This document shows positions 21,909-31,869 of a stretch of DNA of 64,000 nt, in pieces. The stretch's first letter is position 1, and every line of letters starts with the position of its first letter. Position numbers and translations under genes: made by a program. This DNA comes from Tubiluchus corallicola (taxonomy: Eukaryota; Animalia; Priapulida): assembly GCA_030141605.1 (NCBI GenBank), contig JAQGDQ010002369.1, forward strand, positions 496,001-560,000. The letters are read 5' to 3'. A model generated the notes under the pieces. The model saw nothing but the letters and a program-made list of their open reading frames with translations, had not been told where the DNA came from and made no database searches.

Positions 21909-23000
21909 CTAGTAGTCTTCATCCTCTTCATCTTGGTCGAAGGTTTGAGGACTGGTGGGCGAGGGAGTTTGATCTTCATTCGCATTGCAGAAAATCATGC
22001 GGCCCGATGTCGTATGCTTTACAGAAAGGACCTGAGCGCTGATGATCTCGCCAATGTAATCGCCGCCACCGTTGACAACGACCATCGTTCCATCATCGAG
22101 ATAGCCTACTCCCTGTCGAGGCTCTTTGCCATAACGCTGGATCTTGATTTTGATTTGTTCTCCTGTCTGCATGAGAGGTTTCAATGCATTGGACAGGGCA
22201 TGGATATTGACAACACGGACCCCTTCGATAATAGACATCTGTATGCGGCTGATGTCAGCAGAAAGGATGTTGGCATCGGTCAATCGTGCTAATCGGACCA
22301 TTTTGTTCATCTGGTCTTTTACATCTGGAAAATCAGTGTCGTTGTATCGCATTTTTAGATTGGGGCTAGCTTCCAGTTTTTTTACAACTTCCAGAGCTCT
22401 TCTAGCTTTCGATCTGAGGCCTTCATCGCTGCTTTCCACCTGAGCATGGAGGTCTTTCATAATGAAGCGGGGAATTACAAGGTGTTGATCGATCAGCCCT
22501 GACGCAGCCAGATCGATGATCCGGGCATCTGCGAGAACAGAGACATCGACCAAGAGATCTTTTTTTCTCTGCGCCGTAGGAGTAAATTTGATAAAGGGGA
22601 TGCTGATGTAGAGCTCATCAGAGGCTTTTAGTGTCATGATTGTTCCCAAATATAGGCCGAAAAGGAATAGGGCAATTTTGACGATTTCAATGACTTGCGG
22701 AGCTACGTGAACAGATATCGTGCTGATGTCCAGGACTGAATCGAAGACCAGGACCAGGGCTTCGCCCATAAAATAGCCGATAAAAAGTCCGATAATTGAT
22801 ATATTGAACGACCGAAGATTATATCTTCTGAAGAGAACATCGAAACCGATGAGAAGCGCGCCAAATGCAACTCCGATGAGAACCCCGATGAAGGCATTCA
22901 TCGTGGGAGAGCCCATAGGGCTTGAGACCATGTAAATGGTCATGAAAAAAAGACTTAGAACTACGAAGAAAATACGTGCAAAAGCTAGTGCTAAATTCAT
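21909..23000 (-). CDS. PIN/TRAM-domain membrane protein (YacL-like)
   Basis: Four N-terminal TM helices, a PIN-like domain and a TRAM motif GKEPRQGVGYLDDGTMVVV. Confidence 0.88.
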   Translation of the reverse strand: MNLALAFARIFFVVLSLFFMTIYMVSSPMGSPTMNAFIGVLIGVAFGALLIGFDVLFRRYNLRSFNISIIGLFIGYFMGEALVLVFDSVLDISTISVHVAPQVIEIVKIALFLFGLYLGTIMTLKASDELYISIPFIKFTPTAQRKKDLLVDVSVLADARIIDLAASGLIDQHLVIPRFIMKDLHAQVESSDEGLRSKARRALEVVKKLEASPNLKMRYNDTDFPDVKDQMNKMVRLARLTDANILSADISRIQMSIIEGVRVVNIHALSNALKPLMQTGEQIKIKIQRYGKEPRQGVGYLDDGTMVVVNGGGDYIGEIISAQVLSVKHTTSGRMIFCNANEDQTPSPTSPQTFDQDEEDEDY

Positions 23001-23100
23001 AAATTACTTCTCTTCATTGATGGGAATGAAAGGCGGATTTTAATCTCCCTTTCGTTTTTTGTCGACAAAGTATAAAATTTTTTTAGGTGTAAATTTTAAG

Positions 23101-23544
23101 ATGATGAAAAAACACGAATCTTGTCTCTATTTATCTGGGCTGATTTGGCTCTTTGCCGGGTGCTCACTTCTTATGAAAGGTATTCAATTTTTGACTTCTC
23201 TGACCAGAGATGGGGGAGGAGAAGAGTGGGCCATGATTTTAGTCGCGATCGGTTTGCTTGTGGGGTACATCAAGGGCCGGTTTGTCTTGCGAAAAACGGT
23301 TGAAAAACTGGCGAAAAGAATTCTTGCAATGGAAACGCCGATCCCTCTGAAAAAAATCTATCCTCCAAAATACTTTATCCTTCTGGTTTTCATGGTTGGA
23401 TTGGGGATTTTGATGAATGTTACGGAATTACGGATTGATGTTCGGGGAACGGTTGATTTAGCCATCGGTTCTGCTTTGATGCATGGAGCAATAGCATTCT
23501 TTCGTATCGGCGTAGAGCTGAAAAAAGTTACTTGTGATACTTAG
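23101..23544 (+). CDS. Conserved hypothetical membrane protein
   Basis: Four predicted TM segments. ATG at 23101. Confidence 0.75.
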   Translation: MMKKHESCLYLSGLIWLFAGCSLLMKGIQFLTSLTRDGGGEEWAMILVAIGLLVGYIKGRFVLRKTVEKLAKRILAMETPIPLKKIYPPKYFILLVFMVGLGILMNVTELRIDVRGTVDLAIGSALMHGAIAFFRIGVELKKVTCDT

Positions 23545-23953
23545 ATCCTTTTTGGATCTCTAAGGCCCGATAAATCTGCTCCAGAAGAATTAGGCGTGTC
23601 ATCTGGTGTGTGAAAGTGAGAGGGGAAAGGCTCCAGATATCTGTAGCCTTTTTGAGCATTTTTTTACCGATTCCTTCAGCTCCGCCTATCACAAAAGTGA
23701 GAGAAGAGCGGTGTATCTCAAGTTCTCTCAAAAGCATCTGGCTTAGCGTCTCACTGGTGCAGGATTTCCCTTTTGGATCTAAAGCGATAAAGAGGGGGGC
23801 CTTTTCACAGTACTGGTTCAGTGATTGATCATCTTTTGTCAAAACCCAATCGACTTTACAAGTTCTGGATAGCCTTTTTTCATATTCTGAAAGAGCTTTC
23901 TCTAACCAGTCCTCTTTGATTTTTCCTACGGTCAAGATTTTGATTTTAAACAT
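23528..23953 (-). CDS. rlmH: 23S rRNA pseudouridine-1915 N3-methyltransferase
   Basis: SPOUT motifs FVIGGAEG and SLSPLTFTHQMTRLILLEQIYRA...YHK. Confidence 0.94.
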   Translation of the reverse strand: MFKIKILTVGKIKEDWLEKALSEYEKRLSRTCKVDWVLTKDDQSLNQYCEKAPLFIALDPKGKSCTSETLSQMLLRELEIHRSSLTFVIGGAEGIGKKMLKKATDIWSLSPLTFTHQMTRLILLEQIYRALEIQKGSKYHK

Positions 23954-23973
23954 AATTTCTCTACAATGCGGCC

Positions 23974-25110
23974 ATGATTTTAAATTGGATCGTTTGGGAC
24001 CCACCCCATGAAATTTTTATTATCCCTATATTGAACTGGCCTATTGTATGGTATGGGGCTTTTTTTGCCCTAGGCTTTGGCTTGGGATATTATATTTTCA
24101 CCTATCTCCTAAAAAGGTTCTTTTACTACTTTCCTCTCTTCGTAAAAAAAGATGTTCTCAATTGGGAGAAGCTTTCAAAAGAGATCGCGGAGACAAAGCT
24201 TTCCATTAAGGTTCAGGGAAATAATGAAGAGAAATCTTTGAGGGCATTGAACCAGTATCTTCTCGATCCAAAGCCGGCTCCAGAGGCGCCTGCTTCCAAA
24301 TTAAAAAAACTGTTCGCAAAATTCCCTCACCCGAAGGTTCTTTTCAAACGTCTCTTTTTGGAGGGAAAGCTTAAAAAGTCCCTCTTATCGATTCACAATA
24401 AAGCTTACCTCGTTACAGACCGTTTTACTATTTTCATGATATTGGCAACGGTTTTAGGTGCGAGGTTCGGTCACTTCATTTTTTATGAAAGACCTTCCGA
24501 CTATATCCACCGTCCTTTAGAGCTCTTGAAAATTTGGGAAGGCGGTCTGGCAAGCCACGGGGCGGCAATTGCAATCATCATTATGATTTTATGCTTTGGA
24601 CAATGGACGAAAAAATTCTGCAAGTCTTTGAATTGGGTGACGATTCTGGATCTTGTATGCATTCCTACAGCTTTAGCCGGGACTTTCATTCGAATCGGCA
24701 ACTTTTTTAACCAGGAAGTCCTTGGCAAAGCATCCCATCTTCCCTGGGCTGTTATTTTTCCTCATCCTATGGACAGCTCTCTTTCTGTTGTCCCCAGACA
24801 TCCTGTTCAGCTTTATGAAGCCCTTTTCTATCTTGCTACTTTTGTCATCCTTTTTACCTTAAGCCATAAACCGAAAGTCTTGCTCAACAAGGGAAAATTG
24901 ATCGGATCTTTCCTGATCCTCGTTTTTGTTTTTCGTTTCTTTGTAGAGTTTCTAAAAGTGGAACAAAGCGAGATCGTCTCTTCCGTTAGTCAGCTGAACA
25001 TGGGGCAATATCTAAGTATTCCCATGGTTCTGATCGGCCTCTTTTTCCTCTTTTATTCCCGGATCTTCCGTAGCGGTCACAGTTCCTCAGAAGTTCATCA
25101 TTCAAATTAA
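23974..25110 (+). CDS. lgt: Prolipoprotein diacylglyceryl transferase with a ~90-aa insertion
   Basis: WYG, GARFGH, GGLASHG, RIGNFFNQE and RHPVQLYE motifs. Confidence 0.93.
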   Translation: MILNWIVWDPPHEIFIIPILNWPIVWYGAFFALGFGLGYYIFTYLLKRFFYYFPLFVKKDVLNWEKLSKEIAETKLSIKVQGNNEEKSLRALNQYLLDPKPAPEAPASKLKKLFAKFPHPKVLFKRLFLEGKLKKSLLSIHNKAYLVTDRFTIFMILATVLGARFGHFIFYERPSDYIHRPLELLKIWEGGLASHGAAIAIIIMILCFGQWTKKFCKSLNWVTILDLVCIPTALAGTFIRIGNFFNQEVLGKASHLPWAVIFPHPMDSSLSVVPRHPVQLYEALFYLATFVILFTLSHKPKVLLNKGKLIGSFLILVFVFRFFVEFLKVEQSEIVSSVSQLNMGQYLSIPMVLIGLFFLFYSRIFRSGHSSSEVHHSN

Positions 25111-25201
25111 AACTCGATTGAGACCTGGCAGGTCTTTTCCCTTGAAGAATTAAGGGGGTGTTTCCATAATAAGGCTCTTCTAGAAGAGTGGAGGAACCTC
25201 T

Positions 25202-25681
25202 ATGAATATAGTGCATATCGCAGGGCATTTGGGAGTAGATCCTGAAGTCCGTTTTACCTCGAATGGGCAAAAAGTAACGACGATCCGTCTGGCTGCAAGA
25301 GCACGCCGCGGCGCAAATAACGATGAGACCATTTGGTGGAGAGTGACCGTTTGGGGAGAGCAGTTTGATAAAATGATCCCCTATTTGAAAAAGGGAAGTC
25401 CTTTAATGGTAATCGGAGACCTCAGCAAGCCTGAGATTTTCAATGACCGGGAAGGCAATCCTCAGATTTCGATGAATGTTACTGCAGTAAACCTTCAGTT
25501 CACCCCCTTTGGAAGATCGAAGGATGGTCAGCAGCAACAGGAACAACAACAGCAGCAACAGCAGCAACAGCAACAGGGAAATTCAGAACAGGGTTTTTCT
25601 GAACAGTCTTTTGCTGGACATTCCCAGGGTGGAAAGGGACAAAATGAATCTTCTTCTCAAGATGATGAGGTACCATTTTAA
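25202..25681 (+). CDS. ssb: Single-stranded DNA-binding protein with a poly-Gln linker
   Basis: OB fold (GHLGVDPEVRFT) and acidic tail DDEVPF. Confidence 0.95.
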   Translation: MNIVHIAGHLGVDPEVRFTSNGQKVTTIRLAARARRGANNDETIWWRVTVWGEQFDKMIPYLKKGSPLMVIGDLSKPEIFNDREGNPQISMNVTAVNLQFTPFGRSKDGQQQQEQQQQQQQQQQQGNSEQGFSEQSFAGHSQGGKGQNESSSQDDEVPF

Positions 25682-27156
25682 TGAAGTGTTTTTGCAGTCC
25701 GAGAAAAAAAGCCGATGTTTTGATCCTTCCTTTCTACCAGGGGAAAAAAGCAGAAGCAGCCTTCCAGGGAAAAGATCTGATTGCATCTTTCCGCCCAGCC
25801 TTTGAAGTAGGAGATTTTAAAGGAAAAGAAGGGGAACATCTTTTCCTTTACCCTAGCAAGGGGATGGAAAAGAGGATTCTTTGTCTCGGGCTTGGTGAAA
25901 AAAAGAATCTTTCTTTGGACGGACTTCGGAAAGCTTATGCATCCGCAGTCGGTGCATGCCAGAAAAAGAAGGTAGAGACCGCAAATATCATTCTTCCTAA
26001 AGGAAAGCTTTCTTCAGGTGAAATTACTCGAGGTGCAAGCGAAGGTATTTTGCTTGCCAATTACGCTTACACTGAGTTGAAGCGTGAAAGCCTGAAGAAA
26101 GATCCAGTGCATCTTTTGAAAGAAGTCCGCCTCATTGGCGCTAAGAAGGGAGATGAAAAACTCTTCAAAGAGGCCGAGGGCCTTGTTGAAGGTGTCTGTC
26201 TGACTCGAAACCTTGCCAATGCCAATGCAGATGATATTACACCGGAGAAGTTGGCGCAAGTAGCCAAATCGCTGGAAAAGGTTTCCTCCAAGATCAAAAC
26301 CAAAGTGTTTGACAAAAAGAGAATTGAGAAAGAGAAGATGGGACTTCTTTTGGCGGTAAACCGAGGATCTTTTCGCGAGCCACGCATGATCTTTGTTGAA
26401 TACAGGGGTGCCGCTGCTTCCCGAAAACCAATCGTACTTGTTGGTAAAGGCATTACCTATGATACAGGAGGCTTAAACCTGAAGCCGACTGGATTCATGG
26501 AAACGATGAAGCACGATATGACAGGGGGAGCGACTGTTTTAGGGGTCATCAATGCTGCTGCCCGCTTGAATCTGAAAGAAAACATCATTGGAGTGATCCC
26601 GTCTACTGAAAACTCCACTGGCTCAAGAAGCTACAAGCCTGGAGATGTCTATGTCAGCTATTCTGGAAAATCGGTAGAAATCGGAAACACGGATGCTGAG
26701 GGTAGGCTCGTATTAGCAGATGCTCTTGCTTATTCAGTAAAAAATCTCAAGCCACGTTGCCTGATCGATATTGCCACGTTGACAGGTGGCGTCGTCGTTG
26801 CTTTGGGAGAAGAGATTACTGGATACTTCACCGATGAAGAAAAGTTTGCCAAGAGTCTTGGAAAGGCTGCTTCTTCGACGGGTGAAGAGATCTGGCGTCT
26901 TCCTATTTTCAAGGAATACAAAAAACATCTCAAATCAGATTTTGCAGACCTCAAGAACATTGGAAACGGCAGAAAGGCCAGCGCGGTAACTGCTGCGCTA
27001 TTTTTACATGAGTTCGTTGGGAAAATACCCTGGATTCATTTCGATATTGCAGGATCTGCCTGGCTCACAGCGCCAAGCGGATACAATCCCAAAAACGCTA
27101 CTGGATCCTGTGTTCGGCTTCTAGTCGACTGGATTGCCCACCATGCATCCTCTTGA
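25681..27156 (+). CDS. pepA: Leucyl aminopeptidase (M17)
   Basis: GKGITYDTGG and NTDAEGRL motifs. Confidence 0.95.
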   Translation: MKCFCSPRKKADVLILPFYQGKKAEAAFQGKDLIASFRPAFEVGDFKGKEGEHLFLYPSKGMEKRILCLGLGEKKNLSLDGLRKAYASAVGACQKKKVETANIILPKGKLSSGEITRGASEGILLANYAYTELKRESLKKDPVHLLKEVRLIGAKKGDEKLFKEAEGLVEGVCLTRNLANANADDITPEKLAQVAKSLEKVSSKIKTKVFDKKRIEKEKMGLLLAVNRGSFREPRMIFVEYRGAAASRKPIVLVGKGITYDTGGLNLKPTGFMETMKHDMTGGATVLGVINAAARLNLKENIIGVIPSTENSTGSRSYKPGDVYVSYSGKSVEIGNTDAEGRLVLADALAYSVKNLKPRCLIDIATLTGGVVVALGEEITGYFTDEEKFAKSLGKAASSTGEEIWRLPIFKEYKKHLKSDFADLKNIGNGRKASAVTAALFLHEFVGKIPWIHFDIAGSAWLTAPSGYNPKNATGSCVRLLVDWIAHHASS

Positions 27157-27988
27157 GTGGGTCGTCGAACGAGAGGGGATCTCCCTCCTGACATTCCTTA
27201 AAGAGAGAATTCAGCTCGATCTTTCGAAAAAAGCGATCAAACGCGCGATTGATCGTGGAGAATGCAAGGTCAACGGATGGATCGAACGGTTTTCGTCCAT
27301 CCAGCTGCAAAGAGGTGACCGGGTAGCGATTCAAAATCTCTTCCAAAAAGAAGAGAAATCTACCCCTTCCATACTTTTTGAAGACGATGACTTTCTGATT
27401 CTCAACAAGCCCAAAGGACTGGTTTGCGATCAGGAAAAAGTAAGAGGTTTTCTAAAGAAAGAAATTATGCTTACGCACCGGCTTGATAAGGATACAACCG
27501 GTATCCTGGTCATCGCCAAAAACCAACAGGCAAAAGAAAAGGCAGAAGATGCTTTTCGCACAAGGGAAGTGGAAAAGAAATACCTTGCAGTCGTGGATGG
27601 AAAAGTTGGGTGGAAAACAGAAGTGTGCGAAGGGTTCCTGGAAAAGAAAAAACAATTTCAGGGACAGACCATTTGGGGAACGGGTCAAAGAGGATTCTTA
27701 GCCAAGACCCATTTGAAGTGCATCGATTCCCAAGATCATGCTTCTTTACTGCTATGCAGGCCTGTGACTGGCAGAACCCATCAAATCCGGGTACACGTTA
27801 AAGAACTGGGTCATCCTATCCTAGGTGATTTTCAATATGCAAAGAGGTTTCGGTGTCCCTTACATCCCTCGAGAATGTTTTTACATGCCTCCGAGATCAT
27901 TCTTCCATTTGCACCTTTTCAAATTCAGGCAGATCTTCCTAAAGATTTTGGGTTGGAAATGAAAAAATTAGGGCTTTCCTTCCGTTAA
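27143..27988 (+). CDS. RluA/RluD-family pseudouridine synthase with S4 domain
   Basis: NKPKGL, HRLDKDTTG and GRTHQIR motifs. Confidence 0.92.
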   Translation: MHPLEWVVEREGISLLTFLKERIQLDLSKKAIKRAIDRGECKVNGWIERFSSIQLQRGDRVAIQNLFQKEEKSTPSILFEDDDFLILNKPKGLVCDQEKVRGFLKKEIMLTHRLDKDTTGILVIAKNQQAKEKAEDAFRTREVEKKYLAVVDGKVGWKTEVCEGFLEKKKQFQGQTIWGTGQRGFLAKTHLKCIDSQDHASLLLCRPVTGRTHQIRVHVKELGHPILGDFQYAKRFRCPLHPSRMFLHASEIILPFAPFQIQADLPKDFGLEMKKLGLSFR

Positions 27989-29326
27989 ATCGTAAGGAGT
28001 TATGATTTCTTCGTCTTTTTGAGCAGCTTCTGAGAGTTTCTCTATATGCTTCATCTTGTTGATCTTCTTCGCAAAGATCCAAAGGAGAACACCAGGTGCC
28101 GCTGTGGTAAAGACGAAGATGAGAAAGAAATCAGAAAGGGCATGGAGTTTACCCATGAGTCCAGCGAGCTGTCCGCCAAGGAAAAAGGCTATACCGACAC
28201 AGACATACCAAAATCCGACGAGAAGAGCAGTAAATCTACGGGGAGCAAGTCTTGTGATTAAAGAGAGCCCTATAGGGGCGAGAAGCATTTCACCGATGGC
28301 CATGAGAAAATAGGCGAGAATGGGAAAACCGAAACTGATCTGGGCCGACTTTGCACCATGAGGGATTTTGAAAGAAGCGATCACCATGATGAGAAAACAT
28401 AAGGCCATGCTAATCAGGCCGAGCGATGTTTTGACTGTAGCGCTTGGATCCCGTTTTTTCTTTTGTAAATAGCCATAAAGGGTGGCAAGAATCGGTGCGA
28501 GTACGATGAGGAAGAAGCTTTCGGAGGACAGAATCCAGGGGGTGGGAATTTCAAAACTTCCTATGGTCCGGTCGATAAAGTGCAGGCTGAATAGAGACAT
28601 GGAAGAAAACCCTTGGGAATAATTCATCCAAAAGAGAATGGAGATGACAGCAAAAATAAGAAGGACAATGATTCGTTGCTTTTCATAGTTCTTCAAAGCC
28701 TCTTTTGGTTCTTTCGATTTGCTCGGATGCTTGACCTTGGCGTCGGCATGATGTTTTTTCAGATAAACAAAAATAGGAATCAATCCGCATAACTGAACAG
28801 CTGATGCGAGGATAAATCCTGCAGACCAACCTAATTTTTGCACGACCCAGCCTAGTGAGATCATCGCGAGAAATACGCCCACGTTGATCGAGGCATAGTA
28901 AATGGAAAAGCCAGCTTCTCTCAGATGGGGGACTGCATGATAAGTATTGCCCAATAAGGTCAGTATACTGGGAGTAAAGAGTCCGTAGCCGAGGGCGATA
29001 AGGACTAAAGCGATATACAATAGGTGGGGCTGTCCAAAGGCGATCAGAAGAGCACCCAGGGCATTGACAAGAGCCCCTATGATCATGGGATGTCGGTAAT
29101 TCCAACGGTCTGCAATGAATCCTCCAAACAGAGGAAGTGCGGCTGCACAACCTGTGAAAATACCATAGGCACTGGTGGCATGCGCGTTAGGCATTTTGTA
29201 ATACTGCACGAGATAGAGCACGAGAAGGTTGCCAATTCCCCAGAAAGTAAATCGCTCGCAAAGCTCGGCAAACGAGAGAATGAAAAGTTCTTTGGGATGT
29301 CGAGATTTACTTGGGCTTTTTGTCAT
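27968..29326 (-). CDS. POT/PTR-family proton-dependent oligopeptide transporter
   Basis: ExxERF motif (ELCERFTFWG), GFSIYYASINVG and 12-14 TM helices. Confidence 0.9.
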   Translation of the reverse strand: MTKSPSKSRHPKELFILSFAELCERFTFWGIGNLLVLYLVQYYKMPNAHATSAYGIFTGCAAALPLFGGFIADRWNYRHPMIIGALVNALGALLIAFGQPHLLYIALVLIALGYGLFTPSILTLLGNTYHAVPHLREAGFSIYYASINVGVFLAMISLGWVVQKLGWSAGFILASAVQLCGLIPIFVYLKKHHADAKVKHPSKSKEPKEALKNYEKQRIIVLLIFAVISILFWMNYSQGFSSMSLFSLHFIDRTIGSFEIPTPWILSSESFFLIVLAPILATLYGYLQKKKRDPSATVKTSLGLISMALCFLIMVIASFKIPHGAKSAQISFGFPILAYFLMAIGEMLLAPIGLSLITRLAPRRFTALLVGFWYVCVGIAFFLGGQLAGLMGKLHALSDFFLIFVFTTAAPGVLLWIFAKKINKMKHIEKLSEAAQKDEEIITPYDLTEGKP

Positions 29327-29356
29327 TTGTTCCTATCATGGCCACAAAGGATCAAT

Positions 29357-30481
29357 ATGCCAGATGGAAGAGAGAAAAGACAACTTCGTTTTTTAATCAT
29401 TAAGACTTCTTCTTTGGGTGATATTATTCAAGCTTTCAATGTGTTGGATTATCTCCATCAGAGATTTCCAACAGCACAAATGGACTGGGTCACTGAGAGA
29501 GCATCTTTCTCAATGGTGAAAAGCCACCCTCTTGTCCAGGATGCCATTCTCTTTGAGGCAAAAACCTGGAAAAAATCTCTTTTTTCCAAAAAGACCTTCT
29601 CCTCTATCCGAAGTTTTTTCCGCTGCCTTCGAAGGGTCAAGTATGATGCAATCTTTGATTTGCAGGGAAACTGCAAATCTGGTGTCGTTACCTTTCTTGC
29701 CCGGGCTAAAAAAAAGGTTGGGTTCGATCTCCATTCCGTTCGTGAATGGCCCAATATCTTAGCTACAAATGTTCGTTTTAATATTCCCAAAACCTCCAAC
29801 ATCCGTCTGCAATACTTGAAAGTTCTTCAGAATTATTTCCAAGACTCTACTCCTCTTTCTTTGAAAGGAGTCCGGCTGAAACTGAAAGACGAAGAGACTG
29901 AAAAGCTGAAAAAAATTCTGACTGCGGCAAGGGCTTGCGGAGAGAAGAGAATGATGGTGTGTCCTCATTCAAAATGGCCGAATAAACAGCTCGAATTTTC
30001 CGTCCTGGTCCAGCTATTGCGTTTCATTCACAAAAAGTATCAGGTGGGGTTCCTTTTCCTATGGGGAGATAACAAGGAAAGAGAATTCTCCCAATCATTG
30101 AAGAGTTCTTTTTCCGATACGAGCATTCTTGTCGAAAAGCTCTCCCTTCCAACATGGCAGAATCTGATGAACGATGTAGATCTGGTCTTTGCTGTAGATT
30201 CAAGTGCACTGCATCTTTGTGGAACGACCTCGACGCCCAGTTTCAGCGTTTTTGGCTCCACTTCGATTGAGATTTACAAACCCATAGGAAAGAACCACTT
30301 TGCTTTGCAGGGACCTTGTCCCTACGGCAAGGTATTCAAAAAGCACTGCCCTCTTCTTCGGACCTGTCCTACCGGGGCATGTATTCGAAAATTGGAGTCC
30401 CAAAGAATCATTAGGGCTTTTGATTCCTGGTGGGAAGGTTATTCTTCACATAAGGATGAAAGCGTCTCGAAATCGATATGA
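29357..30481 (+). CDS. Glycosyltransferase family 9 (LPS heptosyltransferase I-like)
   Basis: KTSSLGDII, YDAIFDLQGN.KS and VDSSALHL motifs. Start placed near 29357; the longer ORF is antisense overlap. Confidence 0.85.
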   Translation: MPDGREKRQLRFLIIKTSSLGDIIQAFNVLDYLHQRFPTAQMDWVTERASFSMVKSHPLVQDAILFEAKTWKKSLFSKKTFSSIRSFFRCLRRVKYDAIFDLQGNCKSGVVTFLARAKKKVGFDLHSVREWPNILATNVRFNIPKTSNIRLQYLKVLQNYFQDSTPLSLKGVRLKLKDEETEKLKKILTAARACGEKRMMVCPHSKWPNKQLEFSVLVQLLRFIHKKYQVGFLFLWGDNKEREFSQSLKSSFSDTSILVEKLSLPTWQNLMNDVDLVFAVDSSALHLCGTTSTPSFSVFGSTSIEIYKPIGKNHFALQGPCPYGKVFKKHCPLLRTCPTGACIRKLESQRIIRAFDSWWEGYSSHKDESVSKSI

Positions 30482-31554
30482 TTTTCTACCAGTTCGACCG
30501 CTTCCTTGATTTTTTCGACATCTTCAGCACGGATTTTTGCTGTAAAGGAAGTGATCATTTTCATTGCAGTGTAACTGCTGACCGGTGCGTAGATCATCGG
30601 GATGCGAGCTTTTTTCAACTGTTCAATTATCTGAGGATCAGGCGTGGTCGATCCGGTTAAGATCATCCCTGCTTCTAAATCTTTTTTAGGTGAAGAGACT
30701 TGCATGTCCCAGTATTTGCTGAGGGTAGTCAGAATGATGTCTTCTCGGCTAGCAGGAGTGATGATGAGCTGGCTGGGGATAACGAGATTGCGGTAATTGT
30801 CTATAGAGGTTGCAATGAGCCGGTTATGCTGAAAGTGACGATAGCGGTAGTCTTCACCACTCATCAGTTTGTTGTCGAAAAGTTGTTCGAAGTCTCTCAT
30901 CGTAGGAGTGCTCAGAAAAGTGTCATAGGGGATGCAACCAAGAAGAGGGATGTTCCAGGACTTTAGAGCTTTTGTCATGTAATCGATGATCATGTCCCTT
31001 TTTTCCTGATGGACCTTGTTGAGGATCACACCAGCTACATTGACACCATAGGATTCACACTGGGTTTTGTTGAGCATGAGCTCATCAAAACTGGAACCCA
31101 ATCCTCCCGAAGCGACCAAAATAACATCGAGGTTCAATAAGGAGGCGATCTGAGCATTATTCAAGCCGACGATTGATCCTACTCCGATATGGCCGGTGCC
31201 TTCTACAATAACAAAGGAATTCTGCATCCGGATCGAAGCGAAGCTTTTGACGATCTGTTCCTGTAGGTTCTTCTGATCGACCTTTCCATCGAGATAGTCG
31301 CGGGTGAATCCTCTAGGGAAGAGGACAGGGCTCATATGTTTGTAGTGATCCTGAAGTTGGAAATGGTGCTTGAAGAGGACCACATCCTTATCGACATGGA
31401 TCCCTGTGTCCATTTCGATATGCTCCTGGCCCACAGGCTTCATGAAGCCTACTCGTTCATATCTTTTTTTCAACCCTGCAATCAGGCCCAGACAGGTCGT
31501 GGTTTTCCCTACGTGCTGCCCGGTGGCAGCGATAAAAAGAGATTTTTTATTCAT
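30439..31554 (-). CDS. AAA_26 (BioD-like) + DRTGG domain protein, stand-alone Pta N-terminal-like
   Basis: ATGQHVGKTT P-loop, FMKPVG, VEGTGH, GVILNK and a C-terminal DRTGG-like region. Confidence 0.82.
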   Translation of the reverse strand: MNKKSLFIAATGQHVGKTTTCLGLIAGLKKRYERVGFMKPVGQEHIEMDTGIHVDKDVVLFKHHFQLQDHYKHMSPVLFPRGFTRDYLDGKVDQKNLQEQIVKSFASIRMQNSFVIVEGTGHIGVGSIVGLNNAQIASLLNLDVILVASGGLGSSFDELMLNKTQCESYGVNVAGVILNKVHQEKRDMIIDYMTKALKSWNIPLLGCIPYDTFLSTPTMRDFEQLFDNKLMSGEDYRYRHFQHNRLIATSIDNYRNLVIPSQLIITPASREDIILTTLSKYWDMQVSSPKKDLEAGMILTGSTTPDPQIIEQLKKARIPMIYAPVSSYTAMKMITSFTAKIRAEDVEKIKEAVELVENHIDFETLSSLCEE

Positions 31555-31657
31555 CAAAAAGGCTTGTTAAAAAAATTTAGAATTTCTAAATGTTAATTGT
31601 ATATGGTCAAAGCCTAATTATGGATGATCATCTTCGAAAGAACAAGGGGGAAATTTC

Positions 31658-31849
31658 ATGAAACAATTCATGTTGGTGGCGCTCACTGCTCTCTTGGCCT
31701 TCGGGCTGAAGGCCTGCGATAATAGTAATGGCAGAAAGTGCGATGATCCCGGAAAATGCCCAGATAAACCAGATAAACCAGATAAACCAGATAAACCAGA
31801 TAAACCAGATAAACCAGATAAACAAGAAAGACATGAAAGAAGATGGTAA
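31658..31849 (+). CDS. Small lipoprotein with a (PDK)7 repeat
   Basis: Lipobox LKAC, AAGGGGG RBS and a tandem-repeat-encoded PDK tract. Confidence 0.75.
   Translation: MKQFMLVALTALLAFGLKACDNSNGRKCDDPGKCPDKPDKPDKPDKPDKPDKPDKQERHERRW
31760..31822 (+). repeat. Perfect 9-bp tandem repeat (CCAGATAAA)x7
   Basis: Read directly from the sequence. Confidence 0.95.
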
Positions 31850-31869
31850 TATCTTCAAAGGATAGGATT

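Noticed and set aside
29024-29356. N-terminal extension of the 485-aa GT9 ORF
   Set aside because: It is antisense overlap with the POT transporter, and GT9 homology begins at about 29380.
31760-31822. Possible CRISPR array
   Set aside because: It is a contiguous 9-bp coding repeat with no spacers and no cas genes.
31628-31858. (FIW)n membrane-protein ORF on the minus strand
   Set aside because: It is the antisense shadow of the PDK repeat. The plus-strand ORF has an RBS and a lipobox.
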